Below, piece by piece: positions 13,524 through 27,399 of a stretch of 59,712 bases of DNA (positions are counted from its first letter, which is position 1; every line of letters begins with the position of its first letter). Below the pieces are notes generated by a model, which was not told where the DNA came from, searched no databases, and was given only the letters and a program-made list of their open reading frames with translations. Position numbers and translations under genes: made by a program. Source of the stretch: Octopus bimaculoides (Eukaryota); NCBI RefSeq assembly GCF_001194135.2, contig NC_069000.1, positions 12,425,942 through 12,485,653 of the forward strand. Direction: 5' to 3'.

Positions 13524-14061
13524 NNNNNNNNNNNNNNNNNNNNNNNNNNNNNNNNNNNNNNNNNNNNNNNNNNNNNNNNNNNNNNNNNNNNNNNNNNNNN
13601 NNNNNNNNNNNNNNNNNNNNNNNNNNNNNNNNNNNNNNNNNNNNNNNNNNNNNNNNNNNNNNNNNNNNNNNNNNNNNNNNNNNNNNNNNNNNNNNNNNNN
13701 NNNNNNNNNNNNNNNNNNNNNNNNNNNNNNNNNNNNNNNNNNNNNNNNNNNNNNNNNNNNNNNNNNNNNNNNNNNNNNNNNNNNNNNNNNNNNNNNNNNN
13801 NNNNNNNNNNNNNNNNNNNNNNNNNNNNNNNNNNNNNNNNNNNNNNNNNNNNNNNNNNNNNNNNNNNNNNNNNNNNNNNNNNNNNNNNNNNNNNNNNNNN
13901 NNNNNNNNNNNNNNNNNNNNNNNNNNNNNNNNNNNNNNNNNNNNNNNNNNNNNNNNNNNNNNNNNNNNNNNNNNNNNNNNNNNNNNNNNNNNNNNNNNNN
14001 NNNNNNNNNNNNNNNNNNNNNNNNNNNNNNNNNNNNNNNNNNNNNNNNNNNNNNNNNNNNN

Positions 14062-14118
<57 letters not shown>

Positions 14119-14433
14119 TGCCAAACACAACTTGTCTCTGCGCGGAGTAGAGGATATTCAATGTAATGTAATTCGTATGTAATAACTCGGTAACTGAGAG
14201 CCCCATAATAAATTTTGCAGACGTGTGTTACAGCAAAAAACGAAAAACTATGTAAATCTGATATTTGGGGAAGATGCTATATGTATGGAAATACATTCAG
14301 TTTTGCCACGTATATTCGGATTAAAACCATAAGTCAAATAAAGCACATAATAAGCGATTGGGTATCAAGATTTATATTACGATTAGAATCATCTTCAGCT
14401 TCACTATAGACAATGCAAAGCTATTTCTTACGG

Positions 14434-14482
<49 letters not shown>

Positions 14483-15305
14483 TGTATGTATGTATGTATG
14501 CATGAATATATTTATGTATGCATATTTTATATTATATATATATATATATATAATGATATCAAGGTTATATTACGTACAGAATATAGTGTTGCTATGGTAA
14601 CAGGCATCGACTGTGTAAATCGCCATTTTCAAAATAGTCGATCACGCACTGAAGTTAAACCCAGAATCTACTCAGCAACTTACAGAATGGTTGTATTCTT
14701 TTATACTGCTTGGAGTATTATTCCGTAAACATCATTGTAAATATAGTCTTTTTTTTTTGTTTTTTCTTTGGCAGTTTCTCACTTTGAAGAGGAGAATATT
14801 TTTCGTTTTGTTCTGAAATTATTTTGAAGTTTTTGTAGTTGGAGTCTGTAAAGCAAGGATTATCATTTCATACAAATGATATATATATGCATATGTATAT
14901 ACATTCATGTACATACAAGTTATTAATTATTAAAACACAAGCCCTGTCTATTATTCTCCGATTTACACGTTTAGTTAAATCATGCAGTAACGACAATAGT
15001 TAAATAGGACACGCATCAGCTGCAAGTCTCAAAGTCGAAAACATAGAGTTGGTAGCAGAGCTTTCTGATAGACGAGCAGAAAAGTAATGATTTCCTATAA
15101 CCGCATTTCACTTGACCACACGAATTCTTCCCTTTGAGTAAAAATCAAACAAGTGAGAACATCAAAGGTAATTCTCTGCTAAGCTACACCCAATAATATA
15201 CCCAAATATGTCAATCATTGCTTATTTCTTGTGAAATAAGTCGAGTGTGACTTACTTCCTATACTGCCATCACATGTCTTCGTTGTAGACACATACAAAC
15301 ACATA

Positions 15306-15692
15306 AACGAACGCACGAATATGCGAAGGCACATACGAACATACGAACGCTGGAGCGTACGAACGTACGGGTGAACGAACGCAAGGACATACGAACGCAC
15401 GAACATACGAATGCACGTACGAACCTGCGAGCGCCCCGGGCGTACGAACGGACGAACGTACGAATGCACGAACATACGAATGCACGTACGAACCTACGAA
15501 CGCAAGGGTGTACGAATGCACGTTCGTGCGAACGCAGGTGCGTACGAACGCTCGGGAGTACGAACGCACGGGCGTATGATCGCTTGAACATACGAACGCA
15601 CGAGTATACGAACGCATAAAACTTACCAACGTTCGAACACACGGGAGTACGAACACACGGGGCGCACGAACTCACGGACGTACGAATGCATA
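15306..15692. repeat. CpG-rich degenerate satellite, consensus ~(TACGAACG)n
   Basis: Recurring TACGAAC/CACGAAC words across ~390 bp. Confidence 0.9.
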
Positions 15693-17299
15693 AACTAGAT
15701 ATTCAACGCTGTCGGTTTACAAGTCGACTACGCATCTACTATCATAGATTAACAACAATACTTGAAGACTACGTACGGTAATAAAACTTCACATATAAAA
15801 CGACGATTCAAACTTTACAACAGAATTAGAAGTTTATGTCTAAGAACTGTCGATTACATTTAAAAAAAGTTTTATCTCTATTTTGAAATTAGATAAGATA
15901 AAGTGGTATATACATTAGTTCTGACAAATCTTTCACTCAAAAAATCCAATCTCAACAGAGCTGGACTTCCTCATCCTACACACCGCCACACAACCAAAGT
16001 ATCTATCGGCACGCACTACACAACCAAGTACATATCATCAATATTCACGCATGTCTTCATACTCACTTGCTAGCTACTTCACTCTCGTACAATGACACTT
16101 TCTGTGAAAAAGCTATTAAGAATTGACAGATTCGTGTAATAGAGAAATTAGGATAAATATATATATATATANNNNNNNNNNNNNNNNNNNNNNNNNNNNN
16201 NNNNNNNNNNNNNNNNNNNNNNNNNNNNNNNNNNNNNNNNNNNNNNNNNNNNNNNNNNNNNNNNNNNNNNNNNNNNNNNNNNNNNNNNNNNNNNNNNNNN
16301 NNNNNNNNNNNNNNNNNNNNNNNNNNNNNNNNNNNNNNNNNNNNNNNNNNNNNNNNNNNNNNNNNNNNNNNNNNNNNNNNNNNNNNNNNNNNNNNNNNNN
16401 NNNNNNNNNNNNNNNNNNNNNNNNNNNNNNNNNNNNNNNNNNNNNNNNNNNNNNNNNNNNNNNNNNNNNNNNNNNNNNNNNNNNNNNNNNNNNNNNNNNN
16501 NNNNNNNNNNNNNNNNNNNNNNNNNNNNNNNNNNNNNNNNNNNNNNNNNNNNNNNNNNNNNNNNNNNNNNNNNNNNNNNNNNNNNNNNNNNNNNNNNNNN
16601 NNNNNNNNNNNNNNNNNNNNNNNNNNNNNNNNNNNNNNNNNNNNNNNNNNNNNNNNNNNNNNNNNNNNNNNNNNNNNNNNNNNNNNNNNNNNNNNNNNNN
16701 NNNNNNNNNNNNNNNNNNNNNNNNNNNNNNNNNNNNNNNNNNNNNNNNNNNNNNNNNNNNNNNNNNNNNNNNNNNNNNNNNNNNNNNNNNNNNNNNNNNN
16801 NNNNNNNNNNNNNNNNNNNNNNNNNNNNNNNNNNNNNNNNNNNNNNNNNNNNNNNNNNNNNNNNNNNNNNNNNNNNNNNNNNTATATATATATATATATA
16901 TATACAAATAAAGGAAAGTGCTGGACAAATAGTCACAGGTATATTGACAAAAACAGAAGAAAGGAAACACACACACACACACGCACACACACACATACAC
17001 ACACACATACACACACACACACACACACACTCGTAGACGTGTACGAATGGGAAAGTGAAAGGAGAGGAAAGTAGAATTAGAAACGGAAGGAGAAAGGAGT
17101 AAATGGGAAGAGAAGCATATCCAAATATTGGAAGGAAGAAGGAAGGAAGGAAGGAAGGAAAAATGATGGGAAACTAATGTAGGAATATGGAGGGAAGGAA
17201 ATCATGGATTAGAGAATGAAAGAGGGAGGTTGAGTGATAAAGGGATCTTACGTAGATGCAGAAGAGAGAGAAAGGAGGTAGGAGTAAGAGAAAAAGGAG

Positions 17300-17321
17300 A
17301 AAGGGTTTATCGTCACCATCC

Positions 17322-17352
<31 letters not shown>

Positions 17353-17461
17353 TATCGTCGTCGTAGTCGTTGTTGTCATCGTTGTCCTCCTTGTCGTCAT
17401 CATCAGCTTCACCAGCATCAACAGCATCATCATCATCGCCGACGTCGTCGTCATCATCGTC

Positions 17462-17493
<32 letters not shown>

Positions 17494-17587
17494 CACCACC
17501 ACTACTACCACCACCACCACCACCACCACCATCACCATCATCATCATCATCATCATCATCACAACCACCTCCACTACCAACACCAAC

Positions 17588-17621
<34 letters not shown>

Positions 17622-17830
17622 TCGCTCTTGTCAATGAACACCATCGTCACCATCATCATATCATCATCCTCTTCAACATCAAATTCGTCAAGAACACGAT
17701 CATCTTGATCATGATCATCATCGTCATCATCAACAACGACAACAACGTTATAATCGTTGTTATTGTTGTTGTTGTTGTTGATGTTGTTGTCGTTACTATT
17801 ATTGTTGTTACTACAGGTACAGCAGCAGTA
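17300..17830. repeat. Trinucleotide mosaic (CAT)n/(CAC)n/(CGT)n/(CAA)n/(GTT)n
   Basis: Direct reading; source of the poly-His/Asp/Ser/Met ORFs. Confidence 0.95.
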
Positions 17831-18163
17831 GCAACTACACGGATAGTTTTATGCAAGATGGCTGTTGGAATCAGTCAGTCACGGATATGTAAAAGGAAAT
17901 AGGACGAGAGTAAAGCGGAGTGGGGGAAAGCGGGTGGAATATGAATGCATTTATAATAGATGTGGATAGGGAAAAAGGGGAAAAAATGTGTGTGAGGATG
18001 TAGAGGAAGGTGGAGAAAGGCAGAACCATCGTTATTCCGGAAATTATGAATTCTAAGAAAAGATATCAACAGATGAAATAAGAAATACAGTAAAAATAAG
18101 GAGAGAAAAAAAGGAAATGATGATAGGCGAGTGATAAAGAAAGAAAGAGAAGCATAGCTATAT

Positions 18164-18232
18164 AGTTAAGAACTCTTCGCAATAGTCATGTCGTTCCGGT
18201 TTCAAATCTCAGTGCGTAACAACAAAGGGCAA
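18164..18232 (+). mobile_element. Old 5' head remnant of SINE family B
   Basis: GTTAAGAACTCTTCGCAATAGTCATGTCGTTCCGGTTTCAAATCTCAGTGCGTAACAACAAAGGGCAAG aligns loosely with the head at 25351-25415. Confidence 0.45.
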
Positions 18233-21200
18233 GGATCGGGGTATGAAACATTTTGGCACAGCAGTTTTGGCGCCGCTTTTATGGCGTCACTGATTCAGAG
18301 TGTGTATATGTGTGTGACCATTTACTTGTCTCTGTATCAGCGTCTCACATCCTCACACACTCATCCTCTTTCTCTCTCTTTCCCTCACCCTCTTTCTCTC
18401 TGTCTCAATCACCCTGTTTCTTCTCTCTCACTCACTCTCTTTCTTTCTCTCTCTCTCTCTCTCTTTCTTTATATATATATATATATATATATTTATGCAT
18501 GTATATACATGTATATATATATACGTGTGTATATATGTATGAGAGACAGACAGACAGACAGAGACAGAGACAGGCAGACAGAGAGAGAAAGAGAGCCAGA
18601 CAGACAGAGAGAGACAAACAGCGAAAAAGAAAGAAGTATATAGATGAGAGCCAGTGTCTAACAACTTATATAAATGCTGATGAGAAGGAATATTTTCAAG
18701 TTTACGCACACACACATACGTACAGCATACATATATGCGTGTATCTATGTGTTTGTGCAAGTGTATAAGTTTTATGATTGGCGTATGAATGAATATGCAT
18801 GATTGTTTTTATCGGCTTTAAGTTTCTTCTTTCCAAGCGAACAAGCCTTGCAGGAATGATTTTGCTTTTTTTTATTCTCAGTAATGAAAAATAATACACG
18901 TTTTTGTTTTTCTGAAATTCATTTTTCAGACCTATTTTTATTTCAACTTTACACATTCATCTCCGCACATGTATAGACAACTGTTTCGACATGTCTTTCC
19001 TCTTCAGTGAAAAATGCTTTAGAGAATCTAACTAATTATATTATAGCCCACAAGAAATAACGTTTTGAAAACATTGAAAGAAATATTTGAAGAAAACAAA
19101 AAATACTTTAATAGATTTTTAAAAATCATAAAAGCAAATAAAAAAGGTTTGAAAAACTACAAAAGTAGATCATATTACTTGGAAAGATTACTAAAGTTCC
19201 TAGTTTGTAAAAGGCAAATATTTAAAAACTGAACAAGTTTTAAGTGAGATAGAAAGAAAGAAAGAACGATTAGTAACAAAGGCAATGATTTTTTATATCT
19301 GTTTTCAAAGACCACTTGTATCGATAAAGTTATCGAGGAATTACGGGAAAATTGATTTCAGCATTCCGTTTGCTTGTTTGTTTGTTGTTGTTGTTGCTGC
19401 TGGTGTTCTTTCTGAGTGTGTGTGCGTGTGTAGGGGTGCACGTGCGTTTGAGTATGTCTGCCTTTACGTATACCGAAAAGCCACTGGGGTTTAGCCTCGT
19501 TTTGGTTTGATAGTCATTGCGATTGTCTTCAAAGAAACGTGCTCTTACTTGCACCCGTAAGGGGTTACCGAGGGTTTTCATATACAATTTGGGTGAAATT
19601 TTCAACATAACTTATACTTGCTATAATGATTTCCTTCTACTTTTCTTTGTAGACGAGAGAAATTTTGCATGAAAGGTTTACATGTTTTTCTTTTAAAGTG
19701 AAATGAGTAGAAAAGGTAAAAAAAGGTATCATAATTCGTTTTCTATTATTATTTCAACGTCCTATTTTAAATTCAACTTTACCATTTCATCATTTCATAT
19801 TTAACGACTGCTCTATCGAAATATGGTATCATAGTCAGTGCCAAAAGAATGTTTCCCTTTTCGAAGAATAAAAAAATGAACCAACAAGAAAGATTACGTG
19901 CTTACATCATGACAGAGATTCCATCACAGGAACAAGGAAGCTCTTCATGAATATAAAGCAGCGATTGTGGATAGGCGTTTCACTGAAGTCAATAGATGCA
20001 ATGGTAAAATTCTGGAGGCAGTGACCGGGATTCTTTTCGTCACATACAGACAAGCTCACACATTGATTGGCTGAAATGAAAAGTTACTCCCTTAATTCCA
20101 GCAGCAATTATCTGATATGTACTTCGTCACTGAATTTCATGTTGTAGGTCGTTTTCCGCAAAGTCTTCAGACAACATCAAAACTAGAAAGGTAATGACCA
20201 CCATTGGCAACTTCTACCATTAACAAACAGTGACAAAGTGGCACAGATAGGATTTTTGTGTGACGAAGTGATGGCGGTAGAGGCATAAGATCAGTCCAAA
20301 AAGCCTTTGAATCTCACATTGTATCACACATACAATAAAACCCAAAATACAAGCATCTAGCGGCAATTACAACTGACTCTGTGTAAGAGAAATGATCTCA
20401 AACACTCTTTGGAATGGCGATATCCTTAAATAAAAAAAAGCAGTGAGTTATTCTGGAGACACGAAGACAGTTCTGAACAGATTTTTATACACCTACGTGC
20501 ATATATATTCGTTTATTCGTAACCATTGTTTCAATAGGTATCTGCACCCAGTTTATATTTCCGCTCTGCATATGATATATCAGTCAGTAAAAATAGAATA
20601 AAATGAAATAAAACTCGGAATAACAACGGAGAGAGATCTTCACTCTAGAGTAGGAAAATAAAGTTCAGTATATATACTGAATATCTTATCATCGTGTTTA
20701 TACACATCCATGTCTCAGCATACAGATAACATTATATATGTAATTTAGTCGAGAATACAACCCCAACAACATTGCTGATCTCTGCAGTAACTAACGCTCC
20801 TACACTGGTGCCAAAACGGGTCCCAATTTTTAACTTCAAACCTTATTATTTAAAACATTAACTCCTGTTTTTGCCCGTTAGCTGACAGTCAAAACATTGT
20901 AGACATTACAACTCTCTACATTTCTTGACTATCTGTCTACTTTATTCAGCTTCTCACTTTGATAGTTCTAATATTTTAGATTCTTAATTTTTATTTCAGT
21001 ACTAATAATTTTGCTACTGCCTAATACAAATTCTTATTAAAGTCATTTCCTTTCCAACATATATCACTTATACCCAGTATTGTTTAATGCAACGTATTGT
21101 ATCATAAACTACATTTTTGGTCAAAAATGCAGAACCAGAATCTCCTTACTATAGCACGGTTTTCTTTAGGAAAACAGTTACTTACATTTTTTGAGAATGA

Positions 21201-21377
21201 TTTAGTTAATTTTATAAAATTTGGACTAACACTGATTTATACAGAAGAGACTACGTCGTATGACATATATATTTGCTTCTACAATTGTAATGTATACTGT
21301 ATTTTTCGTTGTGTAAACACTATTTATATACTGTTCACGAACATATACACACTCACACACATATATTCACACACATA

Positions 21378-21453
<76 letters not shown>

Positions 21454-21991
21454 CATATATATATGTATATATACATATATATATATGTATATTTATATAT
21501 ATATGTATGCATATATATATTTATACACACACACACATATATATATATATTAGAAATATATGTATGTATATGTATGCACATATTTACACATACATATATA
21601 CATATAAGAATGTATATATACAATATATACATTTAAAACGTGTGTGTATGAGTATGTGTGTGTATGAGAGAGAGTGTGTGTGTGTGGTGCGTATTGAAAA
21701 TCAAATTTTAAGTATAAGAGAGTGTGAAATTCAGATTTGTTGGCAGAAACTAGCAAAAAACAGTCACCGATAACAACGAGAGAGAAATACACAGACAGAC
21801 AGAAATAGAGACAGAGAAAGAAGGAGAAACAGAGACAGAGAAAGAGAAGGAGAGAGAGAAAGAGAGAGTTTAAATGAAAAATAATGAGAGAGAAAATGTG
21901 TGAATTATACTACAGTAGAAAAGAAATGGTATGCTCAGTTTACTACAGATGGTTTTAATTCAAATAAAATATATTTTATCCGCACTCACAC

Positions 21992-22022
<31 letters not shown>

Positions 22023-23209
22023 CACACACACACATACCACAATCACACACACACACACATACACATATATATGTATGTGTGTGTAGAATTTTTTTTTTTT
22101 TTTGCTTCTTGTGAAAGTTACTGATGTGAATTTGTAGCTTATTCTATTTATTATGGCGAAACAATTTCAAAACTTAATTTACAGTGTTTCCCTTGTGTCA
22201 TGCTTGCTTTAGCCTGTCAGATATTAATCGCTGCACATAACTAAATAGACATCCATCCTATATCAAGGATATTATTCTGTATACACATACATAGAGGCAT
22301 ACACAGACACACACATGTACGTATATAGATACACACACACACACACACGTATATATGTATATATAAATATATATGTATATATATATATATATATATATNN
22401 NNNNNNNNNNNNNNNNNNNNNNNNNNNNNNNNNNNNNNNNNNNNNNNNNNNNNNNNNNNNNNNNNNNNNNNNNNNNNNNNNNNNNNNNNNNNNNNNNNNN
22501 NNNNNNNNNNNNNNNNNNNNNNNNNNNNNNNNNNNNNNNNNNNNNNNNNNNNNNNNNNNNNNNNNNNNNNNNNNNNNNNNNNNNNNNNNNNNNNNNNNNN
22601 NNNNNNNNNNNNNNNNNNNNNNNNNNNNNNNNNNNNNNNNNNNNNNNNNNNNNNNNNNNNNNNNNNNNNNNNNNNNNNNNNNNNNNNNNNNNNNNNNNNN
22701 NNNNNNNNNNNNNNNNNNNNNNNNNNNNNNNNNNNNNNNNNNNNNNNNNNNNNNNNNNNNNNNNNNNNNNNNNNNNNNNNNNNNNNNNNNNNNNNNNNNN
22801 NNNNNNNNNNNNNNNNNNNNNNNNNNNNNNNNNNNNNNNNNNNNNNNNNNNNNNNNNNNNNNNNNNNNNNNNNNNNNNNNNNNNNNNNNNNNNNNNNNNN
22901 NNNNNNNNNNNNNNNNNNNNNNNNNNNNNNNNNNNNNNNNNNNNNNGTGTGTGTGTGTGTGTGTGTGTGGATGATTGTGTGTGTACTTCGTAGTAAACAA
23001 TAGGAAATGTGTACTCAATACATAATAAAGAATATAAATATTTATTCAATTGATATCTTCTAATGTCGTTACCTTAAGATTCATGAATAACGTTAGAAAG
23101 AGTTGGGCATATGTAAATATCCATACCATGCATTGATTCTCAAGGTTTCTGATCTCAACTGACTGGAAGTGTTATCATGTAAATGTCTTAAAACAAAAGA
23201 TGGGCTCCA

Positions 23210-23345
23210 GCAAACATTCTGCTCAATACTACCGATTTGTTTGTCAGTTGTTTAACTTTAACCAGTTGAGCATGTCCCTTAGAGATTGACAGGAGCAGAA
23301 GTGGTTGGTGGAGGAGCATCATAGCCATGTGTTGAGAGGAATTTG
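23210..23345 (+). repeat. Unclassified interspersed repeat (family E); second copy inverted at 55197-55345
   Basis: GCAAACATTCTGCTCAATAC...TTGAGCATGTCCCTTAG...GGAGGAGCATCATAGCCATGTGTTGAG is homologous to the reverse complement of 55197-55345. Confidence 0.85.
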
Positions 23346-23649
23346 GGGGATTTTTTAATGAAGCACATCTGGAAAAATGAGTGTTTCGTTCATCATCTTT
23401 AAACAACTATTACTCAAGGACTGTTTGAGCGGGATGGGCTACTCGACCTGAAGAAAATTCTAACTGGGCCCCACCTGCGAGGTTGTGAGCTGTTTATCTT
23501 GATATGAGATCACCATGTCGCGCACATATGGTTGTGATTCATGTGCCTAGTGTACCCTTATCAGACGGGTAGTCATGACAGATATAAAGGGCTTCGTATA
23601 TTTGCATCCCGTTGAAATTTGATGCCTTGATCTCTCATTCAATAATAAT

Positions 23650-23870
23650 AATCATATTAAATCTTTCTACTGAAGGCACAAGGCCTTGAAATTTTGCGAG
23701 AGGGGTCTTGTCGATTACATCGACTCCATTGTTTCACAGATAATTAATTTATTGACCCCGAAAAGATGAAAGGCAAAGTTGGTCTCGGCGGAATCTGAAC
23801 TCACAACGGCAGACGGGATACCGTTAAGCATTTTGTCCGGCGTGCTAACACTTTTGCCAGCTCACCGTCT
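23650..23870 (-). mobile_element. Full-length SINE family A (tRNA-derived) with (AAT)n tail
   Basis: Reverse complement reads AGACGGTGAGCTGGCAAAAGTGTTAGCACGCCGG...GAGTTCAGATTCC (B-box)...CTTTGCCTTTCATC...GTCGATGTAATCGAC. Confidence 0.9.
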
Positions 23871-23874
23871 TAAT

Positions 23875-23923
23875 ACTAACAACAACAATGATAGTAGTAG
23901 TAGCAATAATAATAATAATAATA

Positions 23924-23962
<39 letters not shown>

Positions 23963-23985
23963 TTGATGATAATAATAATAATGCC
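23875..23985. repeat. (AAC)/(TAG)/(AAT)/(GAT)n trinucleotide tract
   Basis: Direct reading. Confidence 0.93.
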
Positions 23986-24967
23986 AGGANNNNNNNNNNN
24001 NNNNNNNNNNNNNNNNNNNNNNNNNNNNNNNNNNNNNNNNNNNNNNNNNNNNNNNNNNNNNNNNNNNNNNNNNNNNNNNNNNNNNNNNNNNNNNNNNNNN
24101 NNNNNNNNNNNNNNNNNNNNNNNNNNNNNNNNNNNNNNNNNNNNNNNNNNNNNNNNNNNNNNNNNNNNNNNNNNNNNNNNNNNNNNNNNNNNNNNNNNNN
24201 NNNNNNNNNNNNNNNNNNNNNNNNNNNNNNNNNNNNNNNNNNNNNNNNNNNNNNATATATTCATATATTGATCCATACCTGATGTTATATACATCCACGT
24301 ACAGGCATACACATACATACATACATACATACATACATACATACATACATACATCTGTGTGTGTATGTATGTATACTCACAGACCCTTATATGTGCACAT
24401 ATATATATATATATATGCGTGTATATGTACTTGTGTTAGAGAGAGAGAACTAGAGAAGACGGGTAAAAGACAGATGCGATAGATACATCAACAGAGAGAG
24501 AGAGAGAGAGAGAGAGGGTAATTTAATTACGTTTAGAAAGCTGAATATAAAGACATGTAGATAAAGAGATAGAGTCTATGACAGTTTTAAAACAACAGTG
24601 TTCGCATGTCAAAATAAGACCATAAATATACAAACTTGAATTAATAAATTATTTAGGCATATATATGTAATTTCAGCCTAAACATGGTGCCAGCCATTCC
24701 TCAAAATCTGTGATAGCTTAATCATTTCTCTATTTTATTGGCTAGACACGGTCCAAAATGTGCAAGTAATTTTAGCATATCTATTATAGGTAGGGTACAT
24801 ATAAATACATATATGAACACGTTAATATATATATACATACCAACCCATGCACACAGATACGCGTGCTATAAATGTCTGTCTGTGTGCTTGTGTGTGAATG
24901 TGTGTGAGTGCGTGTTTGCCTGTGTGTGTGCGTGCGTGTGTGGGTGTGCGCACAAGTAAGACAACAC

Positions 24968-25278
24968 CTTTTATTTATTCTTTTATTCTGTTACTTGTTT
25001 CAGTCATTTGACTGCGGCCATGTTGGAGCACCATCGCATTTAGTCGAACAAATCGACCCCCAGGACTTGTTCTTTGTAAACTTAGTACTTATTCTATCAG
25101 TCTCTTATGCCGAACCGCTAGAATTTATCCGGGACGTATACACACCAACATCGGTTGTGAAGCGATGGTGGGGTGGGGGACAAACACAGACACACAAATA
25201 CACATACACACACACACACATATATATACAACGGGTTTCTTTCAATTTCCTTCTACCAAATCCAATCACAAGGCTCTT
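24968..25278 (-). mobile_element. SINE family B, 5'-truncated copy
   Basis: Reverse complement aligns with 25446-25720 of the neighbouring full copy. Confidence 0.9.
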
Positions 25279-25329
25279 GTTAAAATATTTTGTGTACTGT
25301 AGAAGTATAATAAATTTATTGCACATATA

Positions 25330-25722
25330 CGCGTAGAAGTGGCTGTGTGGTAAGTAGCTTGCTTACCAACCACATGGTTCCGTGTTCAGTCCCACTGCGT
25401 GGCTCCTTGGGCAAGTGTCTTCTACTATAACCTCGGGCCGACCAAAGCCTTGTGAGTGGATTTGGTAGACGGAAACTGAAAGAAGCCTGTCGTATAAATG
25501 TATATATGCATGTTTGTGTCTGTGTTTGTCTTCCCAACATCGCTTGACAACCGATGCTGGTGTGTTTACGCCCCCGTATCTTAGCAATTCGGCAAAAAGG
25601 GCCCGCTAGAATAAGTACTAGGCTTACAAAGAATAATTCGTGGGGTCGATTTGCTCAACTAAAGGCGGTGCTCCAGCATGGCCGCAGTCAAATGACTGAA
25701 ACAAATAAAAGAATAAAAGAGT
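25330..25722 (+). mobile_element. Full-length SINE family B (tRNA-derived, internal microsatellite)
   Basis: A-box-like TGGCTGTGTGG, B-box-like GTTCAGTCC, body CCTTGGGCAAGTGTCTTCTACTAT..., internal (AT)/(GT) tract, and tail GCATGGCCGCAGTCAAATGACTGAAACA followed by (AATAAAAG) repeats. At least 8 related pieces occur in the window. Confidence 0.93.
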
Positions 25723-25749
25723 ATATATTTTAACAACAAAACAATTCAT

Positions 25750-25792
25750 ATGGATCCTTAAAGGGCATATGGACCCCGGTTGAGAATCACTG
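25750..25792 (-). mobile_element. Possible hAT (Charlie-type) MITE terminus
   Basis: Reverse complement begins CAGTGATTCTCAACCGGGGTCC, similar to Charlie-type TIRs (recall). No partner end seen. Confidence 0.4.
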
Positions 25793-26869
25793 TTCTATCT
25801 GGTTACTCGATTTACTGGAAGTAACAGCTAAAATCTCCTTCAAATCACAACCTTCAACATTGCACAGTTCTTTTAGCGTGTGTGAATACTTTGCGTGCAT
25901 ATTTTTTTATATTACACACACACATACACACACACACATACACAAATACACACACACACACACACACATACACACACACACCCTCTCTCTCTACCTACCT
26001 ATCTATCTATTTGTTGTGATTCAATCTTTTTGTTTATCTCCCCGATCTTTCTATCTGCCTGTCTCCCTGTCTCCCTCTGTTTCTCTCTTTATCGTTCACT
26101 CTCTTTGATATTGTTGGAATCTTGTTGGAGTATTGACCTGACTGTAGGATATATTTTTATTTCATCATTAATTTGTAATTTCGTCCTATCACACCCACTC
26201 TCACTTCATCTCATATTCTAATACATTATAACGCGCGCACACAGACGCACACATATACACACACGTACACACATACACTCGCTGTCCCTCTAGCAATATG
26301 TCTGCTGTTATCTCCATTTTATTGCCTTGTTCGAGAACTTCGCTGGTGTACGGTGGTAAGATAGCTGAATCTTTGTCCACATTCCTGTACGTTTTTATCT
26401 TTATTTTTTAAAACATTCTTTATATTTTCTTGTATTTCTTTCTGAATCTAATGCAGTTGTTATTTTCTGTCTTTCTTGTCTCACAAAAGTGCATATAATG
26501 TCCAATATCATTTTACGCCGAAAAATCTTAGCACTTGCTTCCTTCTCTTACTGCTTTGTCAAATTTTATTTGTTTCATCACCTTCGTGTTTGTAGAATTT
26601 ATGGCTTCGTGGTCCCATTATGACTGGTAACGCAGCAGCCAGCATGTTTTTTTTTTTCTGTACTGTATTCTTTTAATATAAAGCATATCTTAATTTATTC
26701 ATGCATATTTAAATATTCACAAGCAAATATAATCAAGAGCTATTTATTATAGTATGGATATTTATCTAGTAAAGACCAACTGTATAATTAAATCAGAACG
26801 TTTGATGATATAAAGAGATACTATGAATACAAGTGTCGTAAATCTGCCCTTATATATTACATTTTCATT

Positions 26870-26933
<64 letters not shown>

Positions 26934-27399
26934 TAGTAGCTAATTTGTGAATAATATATTGCTTGTAATAGTCATCTTGTATATAAATAAGACTGAATTG
27001 TAATATGGTAGAAATTATTTGGAACAGCGACACAACAGATTTTATTGTTCCTCTTAGACTTAGAATCAAGGCTAGACTTATGTTAATGTGCTCCCGCAGA
27101 TTCAATGTATTCTCTTATATATTTTGAATTTGTTGATATTATTTTTCATACAGTTGGCGCCCTTGAGTTAATAATACGTTCGCTAGACAGGACCAGAGTG
27201 TTGGCATGCAGTAAGATAGATAGGTGTTTATAATCCTTCATAAAGAAGCCGCAAATATATATTCTGCTTTCTCCGATATTAGATATTTGTACCACGTTCT
27301 TATACGATCATTTAGAAATAATTTTCTTTCTTTGTGTTGAAGTCATGTCACTTCACGGAATATTCAATGGTTTATAGCTTTAATATTACTCATTAATAT

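Noticed and set aside
20150-20420. Helitron helicase fossil (CDEVM ... KAFE)
   Set aside because: Only two short words match, several frameshifts are needed, and the GRTAHS and GDFRQ motifs are not recoverable.
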